Shown here piece after piece: positions 39,189 to 52,400 of a DNA stretch of 64,000 bases. This stretch comes from Phallusia mammillata (Eukaryota): the NCBI GenBank assembly GCA_965637545.1, contig OZ281495.1, forward strand, positions 4,278,001 to 4,342,000, written 5' to 3'. Each line of letters begins with the position of its first letter. Within the stretch, counting starts at the first letter, position 1. The position numbers and the translations under genes were made by a program. The notes beneath the pieces are model-generated. The model was not told where the DNA came from, made no database searches, and was given only the letters and a program-made list of their open reading frames with translations.

Positions 39189-39384
39189 TTCCGGTATTGA
39201 GCAAAACAATCTTTAAACGAATCGATGGGAAGAGGTGAAAAGCCCAACTACACTTTGCGTTTTTTGAAATCAGCATTTTACATTACAAGCTGTTCACAAT
39301 TAGATCATCTGTAAATATGTGGTAATCGGTAATTTTGTGTTATTTATGAGTGGCTTGGATTGAATAGAAACCCAAATCTAGTAA

Positions 39385-39450
39385 GATCGCCGAGTGGATA
39401 TAGCGAAACCGCCTCGGGTTTGCAAGATTTGGATTCCAATCCTGTCTCCC
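39385..39450 (+). mobile_element. Degenerate tRNA-derived element
   Basis: A-box-like CGCCGAGTGG and B-box-like GGATTCCAATCC at tRNA-like spacing; no intact cloverleaf. Confidence 0.35.
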
Positions 39451-40439
39451 CCTCTTGTGTTGCTTTAATCCAGTAGGTTGAACTACATGGAACACAACAA
39501 CTCCCTGGTCCGAAAAGTCAAATAAAATGAACCAACCGTCTTGCAATGAAACAAGCACCTCGTCTGCTGTCTCATTGAGTTCAACATTCCGGAAATATCT
39601 TTATCCGTTTTGTGACCGTCTGGTATTCACCCTTGTTGGCCAACCTTGATCCCAGCTGCGCCTTCTCTTGCACATGGTTCGACAATCTTTCGAACACCGC
39701 ACGCCGTTTCACCTCTTGCCATGTAAAAATGGCTACGGCGCTTCGTGCCTAACATTTTTATGTGTGGGTTTGTCCCTGCTATTTGAATGATAACCCAATG
39801 AATTATAAGCAGATAGCAGACAGATGCCTGTAGGCCACCTTCCCAATAGTATTATAATAAACCAAGCAAAGTAGGCCTGAAAGTTTAGATTATAGCCTAC
39901 TTAAATTTGTAATGAAACATGAACTGGTAAACTGTTTGGTTTGCCGGCAATCTCTCGTGCCTATGCCTGTTGGTCGTCCCACGCTATAGTATTTAAAGTT
40001 CCGCCCTTTTCAGGCCCTTTTCTCCTTACACTATAAACTGTTGTGTGCTTATTATATTTCACTCTCCCGTTACCGTTGTTTTAGCCTAATTACAGCCAGC
40101 AGGTTTTGTAGTTGTGTACGTTCTACATTATCACATAGATTCATTGTTATTATTAATATATTTACGAACAAGTTAACAATATATGTCACTGCACAAGAAT
40201 AGGGCTCAAGTTTATATTTTTATCCAAGGTGTTATTATACCAAAGGTATTAAAAATTAGATCCTGATGTTTTGATTTTAGGTCAGAAAAAGGTGGAAATT
40301 GAAATCCATCTACTAGCTGTTTTGGAAATAATGAAATCGATAAGAACCACTAAGCATTGAAAATCGTCCGTTTTGCTCCTACAACGTTACTTTTTTACTG
40401 GTAAAGGGACTATAATAATTAGTACCGTTTGTGTTTGGG

Positions 40440-40584
40440 CGGATGAGACATGCCGTGCAGATCAAAAAAAAGATGACGTAGGTAAACGAGTTTTTTTGGA
40501 CTTTTGAGAATTTCCCTGTGTCCGACTCGAGTGGAAGGACGACAAGGATGTTGCTTAGCCAACAGGCAACAATTTTTAGTGCAC
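40440..40584 (+). pseudogene. Solo degenerate kinase exon-1 remnant (K1-like)
   Basis: 40511-40556 tttccctgtgtccgactcgagtggaaggacgacaaggatgttgctt closely matches K1 19843-19888; the frame is disrupted and no kinase exon 2 follows. Confidence 0.75.
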
Positions 40585-41026
40585 GTAAATGACATTTTGC
40601 GGACATAGACATACATAGCAAATTATTATCATTGTAGATACTATTCTCACACTACTGACGAAAAGCACATTTTAGACTGCTCGTAAAAATCGGAACTGCC
40701 TGGAATAAAACATAAATGCAAGGTGGCCCATTGTTCGAGTTGGCGTTTGTTTGTTTTTCAGTGTACGACTTCCGTTACACACCAAGAGGGAACTAATTGC
40801 GAAACGACCTTTGAACAGGAACCACTTTTTGATACTCGGGCACGGGCGTCAGACGAGTATAAATGAAACTTACCTGATTAATGCTTGTCAGGTGGTCAAA
40901 GATTTTATTTGAAGCACATTAATTAATGTTGTTCCTACATGAAAGTTAACGTTGGTGTTGCGACTACTACATAGATGGTTTTACTTCAAAATTTTGTGAT
41001 CGCATTCAGGTCAAAGTTGTTGAAGA

Positions 41027-43563
41027 ATGTGGTTTATATTTCAAAAGCTATACCACTGGTGGAGATCAATAAATACTAGGGTAATTATGAGCTGTAGTTT
41101 AATTTGAAGGAAAATAAATCTACATAAATTGAACGTAATAGTATAGTGAAAAAGTTTCAAAAGCCTTAAAGTTTGCTTAGCTGAAGGCTCATCCCCAGAA
41201 TTCCTTCTTCAAGGGCAAAAGATTCAGCTTCCATCGCAGATAAAACATTACTCGTGAGCTTATTTGAAGTAAATTTAATACACAAATTTTCTACTTAGAA
41301 GTGTGGAACATGTAAACCGGACAAAATCAGCTGTTATCTGGGTGAAAGAGGTTCACTTGGCAAAGGCGCATTTGCCTGCGTTCGACTTGGACAGATGAAC
41401 AACAAAGATGTTGCGTTGAAGTGTTTCAATGTGAAATCAAAGCCACAAGGAATTCCACAGTCACCAGAAAAGTAATTACTTACTTAAACCGAAGCGTATA
41501 TGTCAATATGTGTATTTCGGCCACTGAATTTAAACACTGACTGATATCATTGCATCCCACGCATTAGCAAATAATTCAGCATGCATGTTAATACAGCTAA
41601 ACATTGACTGACGTTTCTATTGCCCGTTAAACTAATTTCATTTTTAGAATTTGGAACGAGTTTGAATTACTTCGAACGGCAGATCACCAAAACGTAATAA
41701 AAGCATTCGAGTTGACGCAATGGAATAGAAACAACTGGATGGCCATTGTGATGGAATACTTGCCATGTGGTGACGTTGCAAGGTTATTGTACTACACAAG
41801 CGATGGTAAAAGTAATCAAAAATGTAGCATCAGCTTTCCTTTGCGTCTTCGATTGATTTATGACGTCACAAAAGGGGTGGAGTACTTGCACCGTGTTTCT
41901 AGAGGGAAGTTCATCGCCCATGGTGACTTGAAGTGCGACAACGTGCTGCTGACGGCAGATCTTAGATGTAAAATTGCTGACTTCGGTTGCGCAGCTTTAG
42001 TTAACTGTAATGATGACCCGAATTTATGTGGTATGCGTCCAGTGCAATTTGACCTCACGCCCACGTATGCTGCACCAGAGCTTCTCACTGGTAAGTCTCT
42101 TTCATGTAAGGCGACCGACATTTACAGCTTGGGAATGATTATTCAGACTGTCCTGTTTCGTTTTTCACCATTTTCACACATCATTGAAGGCGTATCCCAG
42201 CAGGAGCAGATTTATGAAAAGATTAGGTCCGCGGTTTTAAATAAAACTGAACCGGTTCCTATGCTTCCAATCGCATGCGTTGATATGGAAGCCACAATGA
42301 GCGGGTGCATTAACATGTATTCTGAGATGGAAAAAGTGGCAAAGGAATGTCGAAGTTACTCACCAATAAGTCGACCCCGGGTCAATGATATCCGTGAACA
42401 CTTCGGCGAATTACTAGAACAGCATTCCCCTACAAGAGAGGAGATCCATTCCACAGCGAAATTGCTAACAGCCAACTACTACTCATCTCGGAATAAAATC
42501 ACACTCTTTCCACTTCCACTTCCACTTCAAATTTTTTGCCCCGAAAACGGAGGCTTGCTTTTAGGTCAAGACAGTGAAGCTCCATATTCCCCGTTAGAAG
42601 GTTAGTGACAAAAAATATTACTACAAACCGCTGTACAAACACATCGCCGGATTTTAGTAAACACATTTAAGCTTAGTTCAATAGTACTTGTTAATAGATT
42701 TTTTAGAGTTAGGTTAACTGTCTTTGTATTCACGTAACTGGTAATGTAAAGAGTTAAAGTAGGCAAAGTATTTATTCTAAAGTTAAACATATAGTCTACT
42801 CTATTATTCCTTACGTGTGTTTGTTGAGTATTAGACCGAATTTTGTTTTATGTTTTCCACACATATTGTTGAGTAAGATATTTTTGTACAATCAGATGGC
42901 AAAGGCGACTTTCGACAAAGTACATCTAGGAGAAACGCACTTAGACGCAGAATGAATAGGAGGCAAACACAACTGACTGATGTTCCCGGTGAAAACGCTT
43001 CCAATCTACCACGCTCGTCAACAGGTAAGCATTCTATAACACAAAATATTCAGAACATTTTTGTAAATATGTGAGGTATGGCTTTCTAGCCTGTTTCCAT
43101 CTTAACAAACTAAAGTGCTGTGTGATATAATTTTGTAGGTCCAAACATTGTGCACTGTCTGCATATAGCAATGGATGGGCTTGATACTTTTACAGTTATA
43201 AAAGCATTACCCCAACCTCAAAAAGCATATTTTATGATTTAAAACAAATATGTTTACTGTTTACTGAGCATGCATTTTTTGCATTTTATTTGGCCGCTTT
43301 ATTCCTCATTACACATATTCAAATCCCTTTATTTTTTATTTAAATTTCCGTGTGGTTAACCATCTATTCTTTCTAATCGCAGGACGAAATTTGATTTGCT
43401 GCTGCCCTGTGATTTTTTTATTCGTGGTATGTAAGCAGATTCTTGTCCTTGAGCTGATTTAATACTAGATATTTTAACCGTATTAATTTGTTTACAGTTT
43501 AAACTTGTACTGATTTTATTGTGGAATCTTTTTCCGCACGTTTTCTATCGGTTCGGACGCTAG
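41027..43563 (+). CDS. K5: RIPK-like non-RD TKL kinase with predicted C-terminal TM anchor (closest paralog of K4)
   Basis: Probable first exon 41027-41080 (MWFIFQKLYHWWRSINTR); exons 41299-41471 and 41648-42600 (HGDLKCDN, IADFG, APE); linker 42896-43024. TM exons 43383-43426 + 43498-43563: GRNLICCCPVIFLFV|FKLVLILLWNLFPHVFYRFGR*. Confidence 0.9.
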
Positions 43564-43988
43564 TAGGAAGCCGTCGCTTTTGAGTGGAATGGAAATTACT
43601 GTATAATTTTAATGTAAATATGGTTCAGTTTGTTCAGTTTGTTCAATTTGGTTTGCATGTGGTATACGCGCTATCGTGTGTATAAATTTTAACAGTTTTG
43701 CATGTTGTAATTACTTGAAATATGTTTTAGTCGTTTTCCGTGTTTGCTACGTATAATATAATCGAGGCAATATTATTTTAGTAAAATGTATTTTACACTG
43801 TGATTTGAGGAAGATAGACGAGTAACACATTAATTTTTCAAGAAACAAAATATGTAAAATTACAGGCATTGTATGTTATTAAGTTTCCAACCGAACGTTT
43901 TTATTTGTTGCCCTCTGCTATTCATATACACAGAAAACTCCCGGGTGGTTGGTTGTTTGCTAATCGATCGACAACCTGGCAATGTGGG

Positions 43989-44104
43989 GTCAGGAACATG
44001 GCCAAATGGTCCGGCGCACCTGACCAACCATAAAAAAGCCTGATCGAGATTCGTCCCCGGGAGTGTCCTGGCTTCGAACCCAGTGAAAAAATAAAAACAA
44101 AAAA
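43989..44104 (+). mobile_element. tRNA(Leu)-like SINE
   Basis: 5' GTCAGGAACATGGCCAAATGGTCCGGCGC resembles tRNA-Leu 5' ends; B-box-like GGCTTCGAACCC; A-rich tail. Confidence 0.65.
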
Positions 44105-45150
44105 ACCTGGCACTTATTTTCGCGAAACTTGAATCGCAAACCGCAAGCGAAACACGCGGTGAGGGAATAGTGATTTTGCTCTGCAAACTTTAATCAAGTT
44201 TCCACTAATTTTGCATCTGTGCTGTAGAATACAATAAGCGAGAATAATTTCTATTCATCTGTGAGAATAACCGACACACTCTTTGATTGCTCATGGAGAC
44301 ACATGGACAGTTGGTGACGTCACAAATAAACAGAAAATCGAACTAAAATTAAAGATGTCAGATTAAATTTTAGGTGCAAAATTTTCTTGAAAACATAAAT
44401 ATTAGTTGAATGAATTGGTTTGCTCAACGATTGCCGGCTTGTGGCAAGGTGATTATGACGTATAAATCGCGGTCGCGTGTTTTGTTCCGAATCTCTGTTG
44501 ACAAAAAACCCTTAGTGACGTCACAGCCGTACACGTGACAGCATGCGACATTGTTATGTCATAAACAATTACGGTTTCAAACTGTACCTTGATAAATATG
44601 CTACTGATATAAAAGTGGGCGTTGAAATGTTGGAAGGCTAAACTGGACCTTGCTGTGGTCCAATCTTTCAATGTCCACATGTTTGAAGCGATAAGTAAAT
44701 ACGCTGTGCCCGTGTTGTGTTTGAGCAAACATGTAGAGCTTGTTCATCTGCCGTGGTTAGCATAGTTGCTTGCTGAACATGGAGGTGGAAAGGCAAAACG
44801 TACAACGCGATTTGCTCACCTCAAATTAAAGCTGTTTCAAAATAAATTTAACTGTGCATTTTCAATAGTTGAGGTTTTCTTTTCTGTACTTCTTCTGTGT
44901 TTTGATTGAAACAAACCTTAAGCTGGAAGCTAGCATAGTTATAAAGTTGAAGTTTTAAGTTGCATGTTTGTAGATTGCAAGTTATGAAAGTGATGTAATT
45001 TTTCAAATTGCTTTAACGATTGAAGATTGTTTACTGCGTGTTGTCGTTATACCACGTTTGTATTGAGATCTAATGAGCATTTACCATATTTGCACCGTTT
45101 TTCACGTTTTAAGCATTTTCAACAGCTAAGAATCAGGATAAACATCATAC

Positions 45151-48099
45151 ATGGAATCGCCGATGCAAAAAATGTTGCCTCCTGATCTGTATGAAGATGT
45201 TGTGGAATTGGAAAAAGCTTTCTCGATGGAAAAGCTTCAAGCCATGACTAACAGTGAAATCCCCACTTGGAAAGGCTTTCGGTTCTCTCCCCACTTTACA
45301 CCACAGCTGGTACAGTTTGCTTACGACAACTGGTCGCTGAAAGAAGAAGATGTCCTGCTTGCTTCGTTCCCAAAAACTGGTGAGACTTGATTTGTCTAAT
45401 CCTGATATTTACCGGTTGAAACGGCGTTTAAGTTGCAAGATGTTATAGCGTTTTACGTTGTGTAGTTGCTCATCATGCATTATAGTTGCTAAACGTGCAA
45501 GTTTGTAAGATATTGAATTCGGCTTATTTCCCTTGGTGAGAGCAAACATAGCGACACAAAGGCACTAAACCAGGGGCGTCCAACACGAAAGCACCGCCGT
45601 GCCAATCTAGGTTTTAAAATATACCCTCGTGCCAACGTTTGCTAGGCCTACTTTTTCCAAACCATGTCTTAAACGTCTTAACGGTAGAAAAAAATATGTT
45701 GTCAAACGCGAGTACGGAGTAAACTTGTTTACGATATTCCAGAAACCTTTTATAACATACCATGTTGTTTAAAGGGCAGAATCCATAACATGGAATATAA
45801 TACGACAGCATAAAGGCCCGGAATTATCCAGAATTCGACAGTTTCAAGCGCCTCAAAGTAGACGAATCGAGTCTAAAAACGACCAATTTAATTAGTGGAT
45901 TTGTGTAACCTTGATACTGATCATCTTTACTGAAGTTAGAATAAAAGCCAAAATGAATCCATAGAAACATAATAATTGCGTGACAAATCCTAATGTTTAC
46001 CATCTGAATGTCCAAAAATTGCGTGCCATTTTCAAATGCTCTGCGTGCCACTTTTGGCACGCGTGCCACGTGTTGGACACCCCTGCACTAAACAGTAACC
46101 AAGCCGAAAACAGCAGCACAACGGTAAAACGTTATGGAGAGCAAAATGTGGATGACATAATTGGTCGACATTGGCTGAACGCGCTGCTGCTCTGTTACTA
46201 CAAATGTGAGCCCCCGTTATGTAGCCGTTGAGATTGGGGGAAGTTAAAAGAACCATACTGGGGACTAATAGGAAACTACTAAAACTCTACACCATATCTT
46301 TACTGGAGATAAATCTTTCATTAAAAACAACGTCACCTGTGTAGGTACGAATTGGATGATTACAACTTTACGTCGCCTTTTGTACAACGAGGAGGAATTA
46401 GATTTGGTTAAAGACCTTCCTATGAGCTTGACATTGCTTGAAGCTGGGGGAGGTGAGATTGGGTTGAATATCGTTGTTTCTTTGCAAATTTATCATTCTA
46501 TCTTGGCTACATGTTTCTGCGCAGGCAAGAAGCTCGACATACTTGACCGCCTTCCGATCAACCGACGAATAATCTCGACCCACATGCCAGCAGAACTAAT
46601 CAACCTCGAGAAGATAAAGGAAAATTATGCGAAGGTAAAAAATATTCTGCTGTTTGCAGGGTTCAGCTGCAGACCGGCTACAGTATTTACAGCTTGCATC
46701 CAGTCGGAAGTTCATATTCCAAACCAGAACATGTTGTTGAACATTCTACACAGAACTTTGACTCCCAACGTTGAAACATTCCGTTGCCTGCTTGTTGCAA
46801 ACAACAAATCTTTTCTACATAAACCTGAGTTATCAACTTAATACCAGGTTTTCGTATGTCGAGTAAATTGTTCAAACGAAATAAGCAATTACCGGCTTAA
46901 GAAAGGGTTGGGAAATTGGAGGGACATCGGCACCCCAGAGTTAGTTATTTCGATCATTCTATTAAAACGTTACATATACCAGAAAATGATTGTTTCATGT
47001 AAACTCACAGGCCTGACAGTGTATTCCGCCTAAATAAAACACACAACTTACGTCGTGGGCTGTACAAAAACTCCAATACTGCTTGTGAATGTGTTGAGTC
47101 TTTGCTTGCTCAAAACGTTTGCAGAAAAAATGGCAGAAATTTACCACGGATTGATTTTTATCGCTAGGTGGTGTGCATGATGCGGAACCCAAAGGATCAA
47201 TTGGTTTCCTGGTATCACTTCTCACAGAAACTTTTTGGCAAAAATCAAACAATGGGAGAAATGGTCAACAATGGCTGGGAGAAGTTTTTTAACATCGCCG
47301 TTAATGGTACGAATAATGACGTAATTAGAGTAAATTCGTAACTTCAACATTCAATTATACACTGAGTGACATTTATTTTTTAATTTAGCATAATTTAAGA
47401 AATATTAATGCGAAGTCAATTTCCAAGCAAGGTTTTTTGATTTTCTGTGACCTGCTTGTTGCTCTTTATGTAATCTCCCGTCAGGTACTTTACCTGGTGA
47501 ATGGTATCCGCACCATCTTCTCTCCTGGTACAAACATAAAGATCATAAAAACTTTTATTTCGTCTATTACGAGGATTTAAAGAAGGTTTGTTTGGTTGAA
47601 ATGTTGTTCTGAGTTCGATCAGAACGTTCGTGTTTAAATGCAGGACTTCAATAAGGAACTCTGCAATCTTGCGGAATTCCTGGGCGTGGAAATAACGGAA
47701 AAACAAGCTTCGAAAATCGAGGAAAAGTGTTCGTTCGGAAACATGAAACAGGATATCTCGTCGTATTCCAATAACGCGAAAATGTTTCAAGCTGCTAATT
47801 TGCGTAAAGGTCAGTTGCTGTGATGATGTAAATGTTTGTTGACGTCATTGTGCGGTGAATGATGTCAAGATACATAAGTTAAGGTGAAAAAATGTAACGG
47901 TTGTCTCCATAATAGATTAGGGTAAATGGGGGATTTTGCTCCAATCTTCTAACAAATTTGTTTAGCCTAATGTGATTTTTATTTAGGCGAAGTTGGTGAT
48001 TGGAAAAATTATTTTACCGTCGCCCAATCGGAACTTGTTGATCAGAAAATCAAAGAATGCCTCGGTTCAACTGACGTCACATTCACCTATTGTTTGTAA
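45151..48099 (+). CDS. SULT: Cytosolic sulfotransferase (SULT1-like fold), 7 exons
   Basis: Exons 45151-45379, 46345-46452, 46525-46634, 47168-47306, 47485-47585, 47644-47809, 47987-48099 splice in frame. Motifs: 5'-PSB ASFPKTG|TNW, catalytic STHMP, 3'-PB RNPKDQLVS, YYEDLK, RKG|EVGDWKNYFTVAQSE. Confidence 0.95.
45571..46085. mobile_element. hAT-family MITE in SULT intron 1
   Basis: TIRs CAGGGGCGTCCAACACG / CGTGTTGGACACCCCTG; perfect 8-bp TSD CACTAAAC. Confidence 0.9.
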
Positions 48100-48192
48100 A
48101 TTGATTGTGACGTCACATCTTACTGACGTCATACCCTTTTGTCATATTTGCCATAGTTTAAGATTTCATAAAGTTTTGTTATAATGACGTCA
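48072..48192. promoter_or_regulatory. Cluster of TGACGTCA (CRE/ATF-type) palindromes
   Basis: Exact TGACGTCA at 48072, 48108, 48124 and 48185; also at 47840 and, upstream of SULT, at 44315 and 44516. Function is inferred. Confidence 0.4.
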
Positions 48193-48669
48193 CTAATGCA
48201 AACAGAAGATAGAATGACATCACAGTGTGATTGTGAGAACCAATACTCTCCTATTTATGTGTGACGTTACTATTTGGCGTATTATTTATCAACGTTATTG
48301 CTGTTTGTAGCTTGTGTTGTACACCTTGTTAATTTTTTCGACGTTCTTTATGTAATTACATCAAATTACATCTTTATGACATTTAAATGTCCCATGTATT
48401 GTATTTTTGTTGATGTTTAATAACAATTGACACTTCAGCTCCATTTTGTTCAATGTAGATTCTATTTACTGAAAAACTTATCAATGTTTTCATCTTCATG
48501 ACTAATGTACAAATTCGATCCGCACTTTAATCTTTATCGTGTAAAGTTGTCATACGAGTCTGTTGTCGTTAAAGAGGGGAAAAACAATTCTGAAGCTTTT
48601 AACAACTAAATTTTTTTTCCATCCTATACTTTTGATGTTGGGAATAAAATTGTCGAGATCTCGGCGGCT

Positions 48670-48870
48670 ATTAAATACCAGGCACACTTCATCGACATAA
48701 TTGTGCATGCTTGTAAGATAGAGGTGGCCCGGCGTTCTTTCAATGGCTGTGGTGATGATAGTTCATAACAACATCTGCCATCATCGAAACTACAGTATAA
48801 GCGAGCCTATTGCCACCCCATCGATCTGCTTTAACAACTCGCCGTTAAACTCAAAAGTAGTCGTTTTTCA
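48670..48870 (-). mobile_element. Degenerate Penelope-like (GIY-YIG class) reverse transcriptase fragment
   Basis: The - strand reads TTFEFNGELLKQIDGVAIGS, then across frameshifts MADVVMNY and NYVDEVCLVF, matching the FxFNG..Y.Q..GVAMGSPLS...A...M...YVDD pattern. Confidence 0.7.
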
Positions 48871-49495
48871 AGCCCATGTGAGCAGTTTTTACATTTATTT
48901 CGCTTCACCGATTCTGTCTGGAAAACGAAACATTTCTTCCAGGTTGTTTTTTGTCACAGTACAAACGCATTTTGGAGCACCAAGCCGAAAGATTCAATGC
49001 ATCAAATTGTACTCTGTCCGGAATGCCAACGCAAACTTATTTATTATCCTCGCTAACCGTCGTTTGGTTTTTATTACACGGCCGCCGTCCATTGTAGTTA
49101 CAAAGCAGGTACTGAAACGATAACAATATCAAAACAGGAACAAGTCTTTCCCATTACAACACAAAGGTTTGTCATGTGGGATAAAAGATTTTTTCTGGTT
49201 GAAGTTAAGGTTGGTATATTTTACTCAGCATAGGTTTACGTATCTACACAATGGCAGATGAAAAACTACTTGAATAAGTGCAAACATAAAAACCTTATGT
49301 ATGGTTTAATAGTAAGAGGCATAGTTAGTTGATGAAGATTAAATGTGCTGAAAGTCAAATGATGCCACCACTCAAAGTAGCTGTTGTTCTGAAACTTTCC
49401 TAACTTAAACAGACAAACACATGTAGCAGAAGATTGAACGGTTTTTGAATTTTGAACCATAATTGCTGGATGAGAAACTGACAACACAATTTACA

Positions 49496-52400
49496 ATGGG
49501 GGTAAATATGTTTTGTTCGTGTAAACTATCAAAAACAAAGGTTATTCAAACGATCAAAAATCAGATTTAAATACAACTGATATAAAGAAAAAATAGCAAA
49601 GATATTGACAGATGTGGTAAATTTATGTTGTACCCTTACCACACATCATGAAAAAGTAACTTGGTAACTGTTAAATTTGCTGCAAAACATGTTGGATTTT
49701 AATAAAAAATAAAACCACAAACAACACCTAAAATATAAGAATTCAACCCGGAACAGAATATAATTTCTTATTTGGTTACTAAACTTTGGCTCCCCAACTT
49801 TATTGTGTAATAGGAGTTTAAAACATGCGAACCAGACAAGATCAGTTGTTATCTCGGTAAGGGCGGCTTGATTGGCTACGGCGGATTTTCCTCTGTATGG
49901 CTCGGAAGGATGGAAAACAAGGATGTTGCAGTAAAATGTATAAGTGTTATATCAGGACCCGAAGGAATTCTACTTACCAAAGAGCGGTACGTTGCTTATT
50001 ATAACTCAAAAAACAGTAACATGGTGTAAAACATAGTGAACAAGGCCTAGCGAAGGCGTTAAAACGATTTGGCTGGTCACCAAGCATTCCCACATATGGC
50101 GGGGCAATAGGCGAACCGATTTGTATATTAGTATGCCGTGATCGTTGGTCTTCGGGTACGCTTCAGGGTTGATTCGAGTAATGATTTTTTTCATTGTATA
50201 AACGCAAAAACTATTGCATTATACAACCATACCACGCGTCACCGAATTTGGGCACATCGCGCAAGTTAATACAAGTCGGTTAAACATTGACTGGTGTTTA
50301 AACTGCCCGTTAAATTGATTTTAATTTTAGAGTTTTGAAAGAGTTCGAATTGCTTTGGAAGGCAGATCACGAAAACATCGTAAAAGCATTCAAACTGACG
50401 CAATGGGATAGAAACAACTGGATGGCCATAGTGACGGAATACTTGCCCTGCGGTGACCTTGAGAAGTTATTGTTTGACCCAAGCTACAGAAAAACGCGAA
50501 TCAGCTTTCCTTTGCGTCTGCGATTGATTTATCACGTCACAAAAGGGGTGGGGTACTTACACAATCTTCCTAAAAGCGGTCACGTGGTTCATGGTGACCT
50601 AAAGTGCAACAACATTTTGCTGACGGTCAATCTTACGTGCAAAATTGCAGACTTCGGCAGCGCGTTTTTGGTAAACAGTGATGACGAAGAAGGGCATAAA
50701 GGCACGCATGTTCCGTTTACAATAACTGATGCTGCTCCGGAGCTTCTCACTGAAAAGGTGCTTCCAAGCACATTGACTGACGTCTACAGCGTAGGTTTAA
50801 TTGTGGAGGCCGTACTGTTTCGTTCTTCTCCATTTTCACGTGTACTATAAAGTCCACCCAGCACCAATCATGTCGAATGGTTAAAGGCGGCGGTGTTAAA
50901 TGAAACACCATTTCCTAAAGAGCTATGCACACTGGTACACAACGAAGCAAACGTAATGGGATACACAGATTTAGTTGTTGAGATCGAAGCCGAGGCGAAA
51001 AAATGTCGGAATCAAATGCCGAATGACCGTCCACAGATTACTCATGTCCGTGAAAAATTTTGCTCTTTACTGGAGAAATATTCCCCAAAGAGACAGGACA
51101 TACAGGCGGTCAGTAAGATTCTGAAAGCTGGACCCAAATCTGCCCGAGATGAAACCGAGTTAGTTCCGCTATCTCGGTTTTGTCCCGCAAACATGGTTGT
51201 GTTTCCAAATCGACACATCGATATTCAGCAGTCACAGATTACAAGAAGAGGAAAACAAGCTGGGGGACGAAAGAAGCAATCGAAGAAACAAGTTAAAAAA
51301 GCGATATTACAAAGATTGTCATTGGGTACGTGACAAACCTTGAGCGTGCCATGCTAATATTTAAAACATGTCAAATATCGTTCGAATATCCTTACTTCAT
51401 TGGCTCACTTTATACGTCGAGTAAATAAATACAAGGCTATTTATTACAGAATATGACGAATGCGTATTGCCGTTTTTATGAGATTTTAATTACATTTTGC
51501 AAAATTCAGTGTGCGTTGATGATAATCTGGATCAAAAACAAAGTGCAACAGGAAAAGATTTGGAAGCTGCACCAAGAAAAAACAGACAACGCGCAGCAGA
51601 AAAGAGTGACGCTTATACCCACGAAATTGAAATTCATACCAATAAATCTTCTACTTCCCCAAAATTACGAGCAGGTCAGTAATAAAATTTCAACATTCGC
51701 ACCAAATCACCCGGTAGTGCAGATTTGTCAGTTTAAAAATGCGATAGAAGTAAATTTGGTACCTTGTTTAATTCTTGCACGTAGCACGTTGGTTTTGTTG
51801 TTAAAAAGTTTCATCCAAATTGCATTTACTTTACATTGCGTTCAAGTTGTCCTTAAATATTGGCCTGATCAAGTAAATAATTCCAAGCTTTTTTCGACAG
51901 AAAATGACGAACTTCCACTCAAAGAGTTGTTGCAATCTGACCGTCGCCCTGTTACAGGTCACAAAGAGGTTGTTTCACTTAATAAGCCCACTTTTGAAGG
52001 TAACTCTTTCACACAATAATTCTGTGGTGATAATCTTGAGCAAAACTAAAGTGAGGCAGCAGGAAGAAATTGACAGCAACACTTACTTCACTTTGCCATT
52101 GAGTTTGTCTTTAATGTTGACCCGATTAAATCGTCCAGCAAATAACTCTGGGATTGTTTTCTTCAGAGAATGTAAAGCGCTTCAGTGTTGAGGCATCGCA
52201 GCCCGAACCTCACCCTGTTGAAAAAGACAAAGAAGTCATTCTGTGGGACCAACAAAGCCCTGAAGGTAAATATATTCTAAGCTTCTTTTCTATCACTTTG
52301 ACAAGTATTAATTTCACATATTTTTGCAATTTTGCCTACCTCACTGACACTTCAACTGATTTAGATAAGTGATAAAAATTCACCTGTGACACTAAAATGT

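Noticed and set aside
51453-52019. 188-aa + strand ORF
   Set aside because: Reads through introns and overlaps K6 linker exons partly in another frame; the spliced model explains the region.
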